Origin: Octopus sinensis
Taxonomy: Eukaryota
Assembly: GCF_006345805.1 (NCBI RefSeq)
Contig: NC_043002.1
Location: forward strand, 69,936,001 to 70,000,000
DNA length: 64,000 bases
Direction: 5' to 3'
Shown one piece after another: positions 37,518-50,944 of this stretch. A program made the translations under genes and the position numbers. Each line of letters begins with the position of its first letter. The stretch's first letter is position 1. Under the pieces are notes generated by a model. That model made no database searches, was not told where the DNA came from, and saw only the letters and a program-made list of their open reading frames with translations.

Positions 37518-40019
37518 GTAATGTAACTACACTTGCTTGAGCCTTGTTTTTTTTATGTGCATGACATCCCTGAGCAATTAACCTTTGTTAAATATGCTAA
37601 TTTTTCATGTGTACTCTTGTACCTTATAATACAGCTACTTAGCGAGTCTCTCGTCAAGACTTTGGTAAGTTCAGTGAGGTTTAAGCTTCATTGAGGAGGT
37701 TCCATAATACAGAAACATGCCTTGAGTTGTCTCCTAGTATTGAAATTTATGAAAATAATATTAATCATTGAACTAATGCTGTCATTTCCTTACTGCACAA
37801 GTATTTCTTGTTAGGTTTTTGAGGCCTGTCACAGTGAATTATTTACACTAACACTATTACTAACAATGGTATAAATACATTCTTTTCATTGATGCAATCT
37901 TAATGTTAGATAATAATGTTAGTTTGTCTGAATTGAATATAGACATCTAGCTGCTGACTTAGTGGAAGCCCACAAGATTATCTACTCTTTTTCCAACCTC
38001 TGCTTCTGTTTCTTTTTTGAATTCAGTATATTTACTACCCATGGACATGCTTATAAAAGCAAGCACAACACAACAGACTGGCCTTTCAGAAATATTTTTC
38101 CATCCTCAGAAAAGCATGGAGAAAACTACCATTGTCAGTTGTTTTCAAGAAGGTTACTGCTAGTTCTCACCAGCAAAGGGGGTTGATAGAATAAGTGCCA
38201 AACCTAAAAACAATTAAGCACAAGAGTTGATTAATTCAACTGGAAATTCCCCCAACGTAGTGCCTCAGCATGGATGCAGTCTAATAACTGAAACAAGTAA
38301 AAATATTCAAGCTATGACTAGAATGAAATAACATATTCTTTTCTACTCTAGGCACAAGGCCCAAAATTTTTGGGGAGGGGGCTAGTTGATTAGAACTGGT
38401 ACTTAATTTATTAACCCCGAAAGGATGAAAGGCAAAGTTGACCTCAGCAGAATTTGAACTCAGAACGTAATGACAGACGAAATGCAGCTAAGTATTTTGC
38501 CTGGCATGCTAACGTTTCTGCCAGATTGCTACCTTTAATAGATGATTCATTGAATAATTTGAGCAATATTCTTTTCTACTCTAGGTACAAGGCCTGAAAT
38601 TTTTGAGGGAGGGGGCCAGTTGATTAGATCGACCCCAGTACACAACTGGTACTTAATTTATTAACCCCGAAAGGATGAAAGGCAAAGTCGACCTCAGCAG
38701 AATTTGAACTCAGAACGTAAAGACACAAAACGCTGCTAAGCATTTCACCCGACATGCTTACGTTTCTGCTAGCTTGCCACCATTAGAATGAAACACATTG
38801 AAATGTGTTTTGACAAGCTCATTATGAGATTCTGGATTGACATGACAGATATAGGTCAGCTTTTATCATTGAATAATAATTAACTTCACGTGGGAATTAT
38901 GAATAGAGAACCGTATTCATGATAAAATTCTTGATAAATAGAATGTATTACATATAGCTTATGGAGAGTCACTTGTTGTTTAATTCCTCATCAGCCCTGG
39001 TGAAACAGACTCCAGCATTTTAACAGTGACCAATCCATAATTTTTTTGTATACCAGAGTGTACAATACCAGGGACTTATTATCTAGTATATTGAGGGGTA
39101 AAAAAAAATAATGTATCAGTAAACTACCAGATTGATATAATTAGTGAACCCTTTTTTCCAAATTCCAGTCCTTGTAACTGTATGTAATTGTATAATTGTC
39201 AAACTTTTCAATGATAGCACAGGGTTAGATTGTTGTGTAGGAGATGTTTGCGTAGCAAGTTCTTTCTAATGCTGACAGTACATTAATTTGTGAAGAGGTA
39301 TCGGTATCTGTTGAGTGGTTAGAATAAATAGTCATTGCTATTGTCTGGGTTCAGATCATTCCTCTTGGAGCCAATCTATCATCATGGAAAACTCAGCCAT
39401 GATCATTCTGTTTTCTGTTCTTTTGCTTCTTCCTTTTTCTTCAGAAATCTTAGACAACATTATCCAGTATTCATGCTTTATGAAGTTGTAAGGTGTGGTT
39501 TGAGGGATTTGGTTACTGTTTGTGGATAGTTCATTGTAGATCCTCTACAGCAAGAAACCTGTTCTTCATTGGCCCCTTCTCTCATTTTTTTTTACACCTC
39601 ATCTTCTAACATAAAACTTCTCCTTTGGGGTTTGCAGTCTTACAAGCTGCATGGTAATCTCACTAGTACTAGTGGCATGGAAAAAGCAACCAGAATATGC
39701 TGTAAAGGGTTTTACATTAGGAATGGTATCCAGGCATAGCAGATACTAGAGCATGGTGCCGTCTTTGGGCCCATTGGATCTGGTGATTTGAAACATGGAT
39801 GTTAAAGTGATGATGTTGATGATAAAAGATGTGCTGTGAAATACAACATTTAGTAAAGTTTCTACTTAAAAAGTTTGGTACAACAATCCAGTTCTTTAAT
39901 TATTCAGTAACAACTTCTTTATAATTGCCAATATTTTGAGTATTAATGGGTTAATTAAAAAAAAAATTGAAATTTGATATTTGTATTATCCTACAGTACT
40001 TATTTTCTTCTTCTTTTAG

Positions 40020-40133
40020 ATCTCTTTCCTCGAAATGAGGCTTTTGTGCACTTTTCCAATGATGTGTCATCAAATTCAAGTGTGGTTCCAGAATTGGGTT
40101 TAGATTGTACTCCTGCTGTAACCAAGAAGACAG
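40020..40133 (+). CDS. ACBD5: Probable ACBD5 linker exon, 114 nt, symmetric phase 1-1: (D)LFPRNEAFVHFSNDVSSNSSVVPELGLDCTPAVTKKT
   Basis: Long pyrimidine tract ttttcttcttcttttag|, open frame, donor acag|gtgggc, phases fit both neighbours. No conserved motif, so support is from splice signals only. Confidence 0.6.
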
Positions 40134-42177
40134 GTGGGCTATTTTAATTTGTTTGTTGTATTAAGCAAGTATCTCAGGAAAAGTGTGAGCATGTTTTGGG
40201 AATTTTTTGTGTGTGTATGTGTCTGTGTGTGTGTGCGTGTGCGTGCGTGCATGTGCATGTGTATGCATACTTAATAATCTCAGCAATGAGTACAGATGTT
40301 TCAATAATTCATTTTTTCCCTTTGCAAACTCTTTGACTATTGTTTTGTTTATTTATTTTGCAGACACTGTTGTGTTGAGAAAATTTTACTCTACATGAAA
40401 AGATTTTTCTGAAAGAGTTATTAAACAACTTCATATTCTGTAGTAAAGATTGTTTGCCAAAATAACATGGCAGTCCTGGTTTAGGACACACATCATGTTG
40501 TATAGCCAGCTGGAGACGATGTCTCCTGGGGCTAAATTACAGCAACCTTAGTCCTAAACCAGGATTGCCATGTTATGTTAGCAAACAATCTTTACTACAA
40601 AGTACTGTTGCTGAATATCTCACGTGAGATTTTAAAATAGTAAATTTCTAACTTCATATTCTCTTTCATCTCACTTTTAACAGCAAGAGTTACAGTTAAT
40701 GTTTAGTATAATTAAATGAAATTTTGGTGCCCTAGCATGACGCTGACCATCACTGCCCAAGGTTTGTAGTTCTGTGAGCTGCATGACAATCTGCAAAATG
40801 TACTGCAACCCGCAAGCTGCAGATGGCACATAGAAAGCACTCAGTCTACAGTGTTAAATCATTGGCATTAGAAAGAGCATCCAACCATAGATACGATGCC
40901 AAAACAGACACTGGAGCATGATGTAGTCTGCGAACACATCTGATCCAGTCAAAGTATCCAACCTGCCAGCATGGAGCACGGATGTTAAATGATGATTATG
41001 GTGATGTTACATGTAGACATGATATGTGTAGATGTGATGTAATGTGTCTTTAGGGATATTATGCTGTAAACAAGTAGTAAAAGCGAACTAGACCAGGAAT
41101 TGAAAAAGGGCTATTGGAATGAGAAAGTTCGATAAGCATGTCAGTGAGATGAAACAGCTGACCAAGTTGATCTGCTGGCGGCTTGCTTGTTAAAGTGTTA
41201 ACAGGTATATTGTAAAGAATTTGACGGATTGTATCAGAATTGAAACAGTGTTTGGTACAAAAACCAGTCTCAAGAAACTGGTTTGTGTTGGCGAAAATCT
41301 TATGATGTATTTTATGAATTTAGATAAGTTTGTATGGTGGCATGGAAAGTGAATTCTCTGTATCGTAAAATTGATCAAACTCACAAATGCTTCAATGGAT
41401 CACTTTATTTTATTGAATATAGGAAGCTCAGTGGTAAGTGGCTTACAATGATGAGGGTTCTAGTTGGTCTGATCAACAGAACAGCCTACTCGTGAAGTTA
41501 ATGTGCAAATGGCTGAGCACTCCACAGACACATGTACTCTTAACATAGTTCTCATGGAGATTCAGTGTGACACAGAATATGATAAGGCTGGCCCTTTAAA
41601 ATACAGATGCTACTCATTTTTGCCAGCTGAGTGGACTGGAGCAACTTAAAATAAACTGTCTTGCTCAAGGACACAACGTGTTGCCAGGAATTGAACTCAC
41701 GACCTTACGACCATGAGCCGAATGCCCTAACCACTAAGCCACGTGCCTATATGAGAACTGATATCCAGAAAGACAATATTGATTTTTGGCTTTGGTAAAA
41801 GGCTACACATATTTACTGTTAATGATTATAGGTTAGTATAGTTGATTGAATTAATCACATTATATCACTGGTACTTGTTTTATTGATTCCAGAGGGATGA
41901 AAAGCTAAGTCATCCTTAGTGGGATAGCTTTGTAATTAGAGCCAGTCTGTAAGATCTCTGCTCAGCAAAGTGACTTAATGGGCTGCTCTCCTGTGCCCTT
42001 CTGTTGTTCAAGTTGGTGGACGGGAAGCAAATGACAAAGATACAGAAGCACTTAATGAAATTATCCTTTAACAATTAAACAATGTCACTAATTAGAACAG
42101 TTGCGATATTTAATTGTTAGAGGATTCTTTGTAATCAGTGTTGTTTGTAACGTGTTGTATCTGTTACACTCTTTCAG

Positions 42178-42482
42178 CCTCAGGTCATCATCATCATAAC
42201 AACAACAACAATAACAACAACAACAACAACGGCAACAGCAGCAACAACAATAACAACCATAATGACCACTCACGAGCTCATTTGAACCATCGGTACAACC
42301 ACAGTAACGAAAATGATTCTGGTAATGACACGGGTGAAATCAGGAGTGAGAATGGGGATGAGAGAGAAACTCCAATGACCGATGATTCATTATTGCCTAT
42401 TGCAGGTCATCAAGTGACCAGCGACACAGACAGTGATGTTGAATATTGTGACACCATTGACACGCTGCAGGATGTGTCGGAG
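42178..42482 (+). CDS. ACBD5: ACBD5 exon with His/Asn homopolymer tract and FFAT-like motif TSDTDSDVEYCDTIDTL
   Basis: Acceptor ctctttcag|cc, donor gag|gtatgt, phase 1 to 0. Lies within ORF 42138-42494. SDTDSDVEYCDT corresponds to the SDSDSEVYCDS FFAT-like motif of vertebrate ACBD5. Confidence 0.9.
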
Positions 42483-43505
42483 GTATGTGGATAGATTCTC
42501 GGCTTCACCTTCTTGCTTAATTAATGAAAATGAGTTAATGACATGACTACTGTTTCTTTGCTTGATTGTATCTTCTCCACCATCTTCATCATTGCCCTCA
42601 TCGTCATCAACATTCTTGTCATCATCATCATCATCAAGATCATTATCATCATCATCAACGTCGTCGTCGTCGTCAACAATGTCGTTGTCATCATCAATGA
42701 TCAGCATGGGTTGAAGGGTTTGACAGGTTCTGGCAAGCTGCAAGGCCATAATGAACTCCAGTTCATCAGCTTCAGCATGATTTTTATGTAAATAATGTAA
42801 ATAATACCCTTCCTGTTGTTAACCCTCACCTGTTTCCTGGATGACAAGAAATGAACATCATTGCTTGTCTGATGGTGATGCGAATTTACAGGCACCACAT
42901 AATGCCAAGACAAAGGTACACACACACACATGATGGGCTTCTTTCAGTTTCCACCTACCAAATTCATTCACAAAGCTTTGGTTGGCTTATGGCTAGTGTA
43001 GAAGACAGTTGCCCGAGGTGCTGCCTAGTAGGACTGAACCCAAGACCACATGGTTGGGAAGCAAGTGTTTTAAACACACAGCCATACCTGACAGAAAAGC
43101 ATGAATGTTACAACTTCCTATTACCTTTTCTCACAGCTGTGTATTGTAGAATTGTGTCAGTGACCAGATTATAGATATGCAATGAAATTTTTCAACCCTT
43201 ACTTGTATACTACCTGTTGACATTGACTTATAGGCTCATGAGGATGGAACTTATTCATATTTCCAAGGCTGATAGTAGAAGCCTGCCCCTTGAATTGGAC
43301 CTTAGGGACAAGTGTCCCTTCCTCATGATGTAGCTAGGAAAAAAATTTTCAAAGGGAAAAAAAATTATTCTTCCAACTTGGAATGTTAATTTTTCATTGT
43401 GTTTGAATGTATTTGCAATGAACTTAATTGAAATAAATTGTATAGAAAAAACAAGCTGAACTCAAACACTTATTAATTTATGTGTTGTTATTTTGATGAT
43501 TGCAG

Positions 43506-43977
43506 GCTATTGATGTCTTAAGTTCAACAACCAGCAGTGATAATGAAGCTGTATTTACACAGTCACCAGTGAAAATGAAGAGGGATGACCCTGACTATAA
43601 CACCCTACACCAGTCTGCCAACACAGTGCTTGCAGGAATTCAAACATCAACCAACATCACTGCCAGGTCGGTGCAACCTGACTTGATGGTGATGGCCAAC
43701 GCGAATCCTTATGCCTATGTACCAAATCATCGTAAATTCTCTTCAGACAGTATGGCCGTGAACATCGCTTCGAGGCAGTCAGTCAGTGAGGTTGATCACG
43801 AATGCTTTGTTAATGGTATACCTCAAGATGAGCACCAACCGAGACCACCAGCTGCTGGACACGATGCTGAAATGGATGTTACTGTACGTGGTGGAGAAGA
43901 AGAAGGACCTTCTCGCCGATCATCCAGGAGAGTTTCCAGCAGCAGTTATGGTATTTCCTCAAGGAACATGGGAAGAG
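43506..43977 (+). CDS. ACBD5: ACBD5 exon, Ser-rich disordered region AIDVLSSTTSSDNE...SSRNMGR
   Basis: Acceptor gattgcag|gct, donor agag|gttggt, phase 0 to 1. A 472-nt open, non-repetitive frame (ORF 43500-43985) that joins both neighbours in phase. Confidence 0.85.
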
Positions 43978-45849
43978 GTTGGTAGAAAAAAAAATAGCAT
44001 TTGTAAATAATTTAAAATGATGATGATAATGATGAAGATAATGGTGATGCTAGTGGTGCTGATGGCTGTGGTGTTGGTGGTGGTTGTGTTTGTGGTAGAT
44101 TTGGTGATGGTGATGGTGATGGTGATGGCGGTGGTGCTACAGTTGCTAGTGCTGCCATGTCATACTCCATTTTACCTAGCTGCAAGTGTTGGATAAGTCT
44201 TCTCCAGTACGATGTCCTACTTCTTGTTGCAGTCTTTCATCATCTCTTTCATGACAGATTCAGCATCTTGCGGTCAGTTATCATTATTTCTTTGTTGAAT
44301 CTTTGTGCTTTGACTTCTTGGTACTTCTTCACCCAGCCACACTATCTTTCAAACACATCACATTTCCATGCCAGGACAGTCTTTTGTACACGACAACAGA
44401 TTCTTGTTGTGCCCATCATTATTTTTTCTCTTTGATTCAACATACCTCTACTTCATCTCCTTGTACTCTCTAACATTACAGAATGTGTGTCCATTTTTCT
44501 TTTTCTTTCCTGTCCTCGCACATTCTTTGCCTTTCCTGTCTTTAACATACATACATACATGCATAGATAGATAGATAGGTACATAGGTAGGTAGGTGGGT
44601 GGGTGTTTAGGTAGGTAGGTAGGTAGAAAACAAAGTTATTTTATTCCACACGGGTAGAAATATAAGAAAAGTAGAAGTTGAAAATGCACTGAGAATAGTT
44701 TTGTTATTAAAATATTTAAATCCTTAACTGGTTTCACAGTTTACACTGAGTTTCAAAAAGTTCAAATAGAAAGACGTAGCTTATGTCGTGGCTGTCTTGC
44801 TTCTGACTAATGTTTGAAGTTTGCTCTGTTTTTATAGGGAGTTCATGGCTCAAATTAGAATATGTTTTCAATAGGATTTGATTGGTAGAGGATAGTCACA
44901 TGACTGATCTTAGAAATTTTTGTAAGGGATTATAATACTATCAATGTATAAGAAACTCCCATATTTTTTTAACCTAATTTTTGATAAGAAAAGGTTCCTT
45001 ATAGATGTTAAAATACAGTATATACACACACACACACATATATTTATATATACACAACAGATTTCCATGCAGTTTCCATCTACCAAAATTATGGGGATGT
45101 AAACAAATGAACACTGGTTGTCAAGGGTGGAGAGCAACACAACACAGACAAATACTTGCACACACACACACACTACAGGCTTCCACATAGTTACTGCCTA
45201 CCAAATTCACTCGCAAGGCATTGATCAGGCTGTTGGTCATAGTAGAAGTCACTTGCCTAAGGTGCCGTGGTTGCAAAGCGAGTTTCTTACCCCCCATGTT
45301 TCTTACAAGCGAGTTTCTTTCAACCATATTTGTGCATGCTTCTCTAGAATTTATTGGGGGATATTTTATATGAAGTAACAAATCTCATCCCTGAAGGGCA
45401 TCCAGCCATAGAAACCAAGTCAAAACAGCCAGGGAGCCCGAACAGCCCTTCAACTGGTCAGCTCCTGTCAAACTGTCCAACCCATGCCAGCATGGAAAAC
45501 AGACGTTAAATGATGATGATGATGTATACGATCGTTTCCTTTCCTCAGATTATTCTTCTCTTTACATGCCTTTTCTTCCTAGTGCCACAACCATTATCAC
45601 CACCATCACAACCACCACCACTGAAAACCCAATGCTATGTAATACTTACAGAAATGCTTTATCTTGTTATTTGTTATTTTGGCAATCTGGCAAACTATTC
45701 TTCTTATCGTCGATATCATTGCCACTGCTGCTGCCTTCATTATGGTGGTGCTGTGAGCTTTGCAGTAATCATTAGAGCACCAGACCCCTTCCCCCCAAAT
45801 CGCTTTGCAATATTTCTTCCTACTTTAACTTGGCAAGCTGGCTGAACAG

Positions 45850-46660
45850 TTAACATATAGGGAAAAAATGCTTAAAAATCATTTTGTCTGTTTTTACGTT
45901 CTGAGTTCAAATTCCGTCAAGATTAACTTCACCTTTCATCCTTTTGGGGGCAATAAAATTAGTACCAGTTGAGCAAGAGGGTGGCAAGCTGGCTGAGTTG
46001 TTAACATGCTGGGCAAAATGCTTAGCGGTATTTTGGGTGTTGCTATGTGGTCTGAGTTCAAATTCTGCCATGGTCGACTTTGCCTTTCATCCTTTCGGTG
46101 TTGATAAATTAAGTACCAGTCAAGTACTGGGGTTGATGTGATCAACATCCCCCTCCCTACAAATTTCAAGCCTTGTGCTTATAGTAGAAAGGATCATTAT
46201 TATTATTATTATTATTACTACTGCTACTACTACTACTTAAGGCAGTGAGCTGGCATGTTGGGCGAAATGCTAAGTATTTCATCTGTCTTCGTGTTCTGAG
46301 TTCAAATTCTGCTGTGGTCGACTTTTCTTTTCATTCCTTCAGGGTTGATAAGTATCAGTTGTGTATTAGGGTCAATGTAATCAACTGTCCCCCTCCCTTG
46401 AAATTACTGGCCTTGTGCCAAAACTTGAATCTATTATTAAGGCAGTGGATTGGTAATATTATTAGGGCCTCAGGAAAAAAATATCTTGCAGTATTTTTCC
46501 TGGCTCTTTATGTTCTCAGTTCAAATCCTACAAGGGTCAACTTTGTCTTTCTGTTTTCTAGGGGTCAATAAAATAAAATATCAGCCAAGTATTGGGGTTG
46601 TTACAATTGTTTGCTCCCTATTCCCAAATTTCAAGCCATGTGCCTATGCTAGAAGCAGTC
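45850..46660 (+). mobile_element. Head-to-tail cluster of 4-5 family B SINE copies or fragments
   Basis: ttctgagttcaaat...ctttcatcc...gataaa..aagtaccag recurs near 45900, 46050, 46295 and 46515, separated by short or (TAT/TAC)n linkers. Confidence 0.75.
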
Positions 46661-47339
46661 ATGAAGATGATGAATTAGATGAAATTTTAGCCCATCCAAC
46701 AAAATGCCACCTGTTTTATGTTCCTGTTTTGGATGTTCTCATTTGAAATTCTACGAAGGCTTACTGAACTAAACTACCATTCAGGAACTGGAGTTGATAT
46801 TATCAACTGCTTCCCTTCCACTAAACTTATGGCCTTCTGCCTATGTTGGGAACAATGATTTTTATAATTATTACAATAAAAAAAGGAGGCATACTTAAGA
46901 TTTATGGAACAACCAGGAAACAAGCCTTAAGCCTTTAGGTTCCTAGTCCCAGCTCTAGAACAAACAGGAAATAAGCCTTAAGTTTTTAGGTTCCTGGCCC
47001 CAGCTCTACTGCTAATCCTTTCTCTTCACTGATTAATTTTGTATGTCATGAGATATCTTATGGAGTTTCTCCTCACACCTTTTCTACATATTGAGCAGGG
47101 CTATCTCCCTGAAGGGATAGGAAAAATAGCACTGAAACCCAATATTATTGCAGAAATGTTCGTGATAATTTTGAAGGTGGCATGTACTTTGCAAACTGGT
47201 TTGGTTACTGCTGCCATGTACGTATGATCTGTTAAGAATATATTTCTAATCAAAGCATCTTTGTTGATGTACATGTCATGAAATCCTCGGGAAGCTTTGA
47301 AACAGAACATAAGAGAAATGGTATAAATTAGGAAAAAGA

Positions 47340-48460
47340 AGCCTGTCGTCGCAGAAAAGAAAAAGATAAATATCACTAAATGAAAACAACCTCAAAAAAT
47401 AAAAGTTTTGAATTGTTATTTTCAAGGGAGATAACTCTTAAGAATATTTATGCAGTTATGTTCCTTAAGTAGCGTTTTACGGAGACCGTAGAATATTAGT
47501 TCTAAAATCTCTCTAAGAGATCATCGCATTAGTTGTAATATTCGTAGCCACTTTAACATGGCTATCCGTTCGAGCGGACTCCATATATTAATCAGCTAGA
47601 GGAGATGTCTTCTTGGGGGTTGTTTTAAAAAAAAAAATGGCTGTAAAGTCCGTTCGAACAGACAGTCATGTTGAAGTGGCTACGAATATTACTCGTAGAA
47701 TATTAATTTTATTTTTAGTGCGTAGATACTCATAGGAAAGATTTTGTGACCATAATATCAGACTAACTTCTTTATAATGGCTAATATCTCTGTGTAGATT
47801 ACCAGGCAGAATTCTGGTTTAATCAATCCCATAAAACCCCTCGTAATTAAAATCTTTTTTGGAATTTGCAGAAAAATTGTGTAAATTTGTGTTCTACACA
47901 AGGGAATTCATACGATTAGTAAAAAAAAAACAAAAAAACAAACAAAAAGATTTATACCCCTCTCCCATAAATTTTAAAAGTTCCACACTTTTTCGAATTT
48001 TTTTTTTTTACGCAGAGTTTAAAAAACGGACAGCACGAATTTTTTGCTTAAATCCCAGCCATGGATCACCTTTGGGTGCATCATCATTCCATTAAATGTG
48101 TTTTAGGAGGGGAGGGAATACGTGAATACATGTCAGAGTGACAAAGAAACGAGGAAAATATTAGGTGGTCGTGAGGTGTACTAAAAATAACAGCTAAATC
48201 GCCTTCAATCACACAAATTTTTTTTCCTCTTGCATAATCGTATGAATTCCTTTGTGTAGAACACAAATTCACAAACATTTTCTGAAATTTTCAAAAAATA
48301 AAAAAGTTATGAGGGGTTATACAGGGTTCTTAAAAGCTAACAAAGGAACCTATTCTACAACTAAAAAAAAATTTTGCCAATCCTTCCTAAGGATACATCT
48401 CTCTAGAAGGTCTTCACTGCTCACAATTTCTATACAGCCATCAGTATAATGAAATTTCAT
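47340..48460. mobile_element. Unclassified non-coding element with nested internal inverted repeats
   Basis: 46-bp inverted repeat 47535-47580 / 47647-47692 and roughly 95-bp imperfect inverted repeat 47830-47925 / 48235-48325. CpG-richer than its flanks. Termini not resolved. Confidence 0.5.
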
Positions 48461-49127
48461 GTTGAACATCAATGGTATGAGCCTTACTGGTCTTATAGCA
48501 TTACTTATTCTTCATAGACTAAGTTTTAAAAACAAAAATTAACCCATCTATACATTGTTTGTACATAGGCGTAAGAGTGGCTGTGTGGTAAGTAGCTTGC
48601 TTACGAACCACATGGTTCCAGGTTCAGTCCCACTGCGTGGCACCTTGGGTAAGTGTCTTCTATAGCCTTGGGCCGACCAAAGCCTTGTGAGTGGATTTGG
48701 TAGACGAAAACTGAAAGAAGCCTGTCGTATATATGTATGTGCATGAGTATGTTTGTCTTCCCAACATCGCTTGACAACTGATGCTGGTGTATTTATGTCC
48801 CTGTAACTTAGCGGTTCAGCAAAAGACCTGATAGAATAAGCACTAGGCTTACAAAGAATAAGTCCTGGGGTCGATTTGCTCGACTAAAGGTGGTGCTCCA
48901 GTATGGCCACAGTCAAATGACTGAAACAAGCAAAAGAGTAAAAGGGAGAAACATGTAGTTTATAGAGTGAAGGAGAAATAGATAGATAGTGAGAGAGAGA
49001 GAGAGAGAGAGAAAAAGAAAGTAAATTCTGGCCCACTCCTAAAACCTGACCCCACTTTCATGTCATAATAAAACTTCCATCTCTCTTCTAGATGTTTTAT
49101 ATTTATAACTTCTGTTTTTGCGTACAG

Positions 49128-49351
49128 GTCAAGGAGATATAGGATACTATCCAGGAGGTGTTCACATACCATATCTTGGAAGTGGTGCTGGCGGGGCAGG
49201 ACAGCCACGTGGCAGTGTTGCTATGGTGATGAATCCACCAAACTGTGTTACAGAACAAATTGCTTTAGCATTGTCACGGCTTCAGACTGATCTAGTAGCT
49301 GTGCTTGACCGGTTGGATACACTGGAAGAAGGTCGTAGAAAGGAGAAAACT
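49128..49351 (+). CDS. ACBD5: ACBD5 coiled-coil exon ...NCVTEQIALALSRLQTDLVAVLDRLDTLEEGRRKEKT
   Basis: Acceptor tttttgcgtacag|gt, donor act|gtaagt, phase 1 to 0. EQIAL.L.RLQ.D...VL.RL..LE is the ACBD4/5 coiled-coil signature. Confidence 0.93.
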
Positions 49352-50944
49352 GTAAGTTTTATTTAACATTAACAATTTGTTATCAGATTCAGGTGTGAAT
49401 TAATTAATTATTATCATTTGACAAATTTCACCACCATCACATTTTACAGTCTGATTTATCATGCACACGAACATACACACACATGCAATTATATGTACAC
49501 ACATATATAGGCACAGACATGGCTGTGTGGTGAGAAGCTTGTTTCCCGACCATATGGTTCAGGGTTCACTCCCACTGCATGGCACCTTGGGCAGGTGTCT
49601 TCTGCTATAGCCTCAGGCTGACCAAAGCCTTGTGAGTGGATTTGGATGACAGAAACTGAAAGAAGCCTGTCGTATATATATGTATCTCTACAGCTATGTG
49701 TCTGTGTCTTTGTATCTGTGTTTTTTACCCCACCATTGCTTGACAGCCGGTGTTTGGTGTAATTATGTCCTGGTTACTTCAGCAAAAGAAACTGATAGAA
49801 TAAGGACCAGGCTTTAAGTAAAAAAAGGTACTGGGGTAGATACATTTGACCAAAAATTCTTCATAGTGGTGCCCCAGCATGGCCGCATTTAAATGACTGG
49901 AACAAGTAAAAAATAAAAGACACACAGACGTACACATATTTTTCTTCTCTTCTTAATCTTCATAATCTTCATTGGATTTTTTGGGGGGCTGCACCAAAAT
50001 AGTAAATCACAAGTCAGTTAAAGAAACATTTATTATATCTATAGAGGGAAAACCGTCGGAGGCTGCTGGAAGGATGATGAGGGCTGGATGCGGCCTTAGG
50101 AGCTGCTGTTGAGAACACTGGTCTATATGGCCCTTCAGCCAGCTTGAAGCAGCAGCTACTTATCCTTAAAAATCTCGCATTCATCTTACCTAAAAAAGTC
50201 TACATTTAGACCCTGATATATGAAAAAAGACTGAATAGTCACAACAGAAACTCCATGGGTCATGAATTTGCTTTATGAAAGTTGGGATAAATCACAGCAA
50301 CAACTTAAGCATTCAGGGACGGTACAAATAACTAAATCCTTAGGGGACATAACTACTTGCTGTTTGGAAGTGATCAAGAGTTATTTCCCTTGAATATTTT
50401 TTTTTAGTCAGTTTTTGTTACGTGTAGATTTTTGTTTCTATCTATCTTTTGTTGCTTTCTTTCTCATATGTTTCCCTTCATTTACTGTCTTTTGTACACT
50501 CTTTTCTTCTCCCTTATTTCATTGTACATCTAGCCTCTTTTATCACTGATCCAGAATACGGTACGCTCAATTGTGAACCGTGTCACACTTATGGATCGAT
50601 CTGTGATAATAAGTTGGCAATCAGTCAAAGATTTCACCTCAGTGAACACTTACAATGCCCTGCCACCCAGAATGTACTGACAATTGCTGGTATTTGCATG
50701 ACCGTGCAGTGAGGCTGCATACTTTTTAGACATACGTGTACCCATCATCAGGGGATCGGTCAACAGAGGAAATACGAAGGCACCTAATTTTAACAAATGA
50801 CACAGATGAGTGTGTTCTCTATAAGAAAAGATAGAGAAGATCAAGAAAATACCTGACAGTGGAAACTTCATTGATGTGGGCTGCAAATTTGGTGCCAATG
50901 GATTTTCCATTTGTTCCATATTGATAGCGTGTGTACGATTCATT

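Noticed and set aside
42390-42791. Poly-Asp (minus) and poly-Ile (plus) ORFs beside the FFAT exon
   Set aside because: Translation of an intronic (CAT/CGT)n tract, partly antisense to the real exon.
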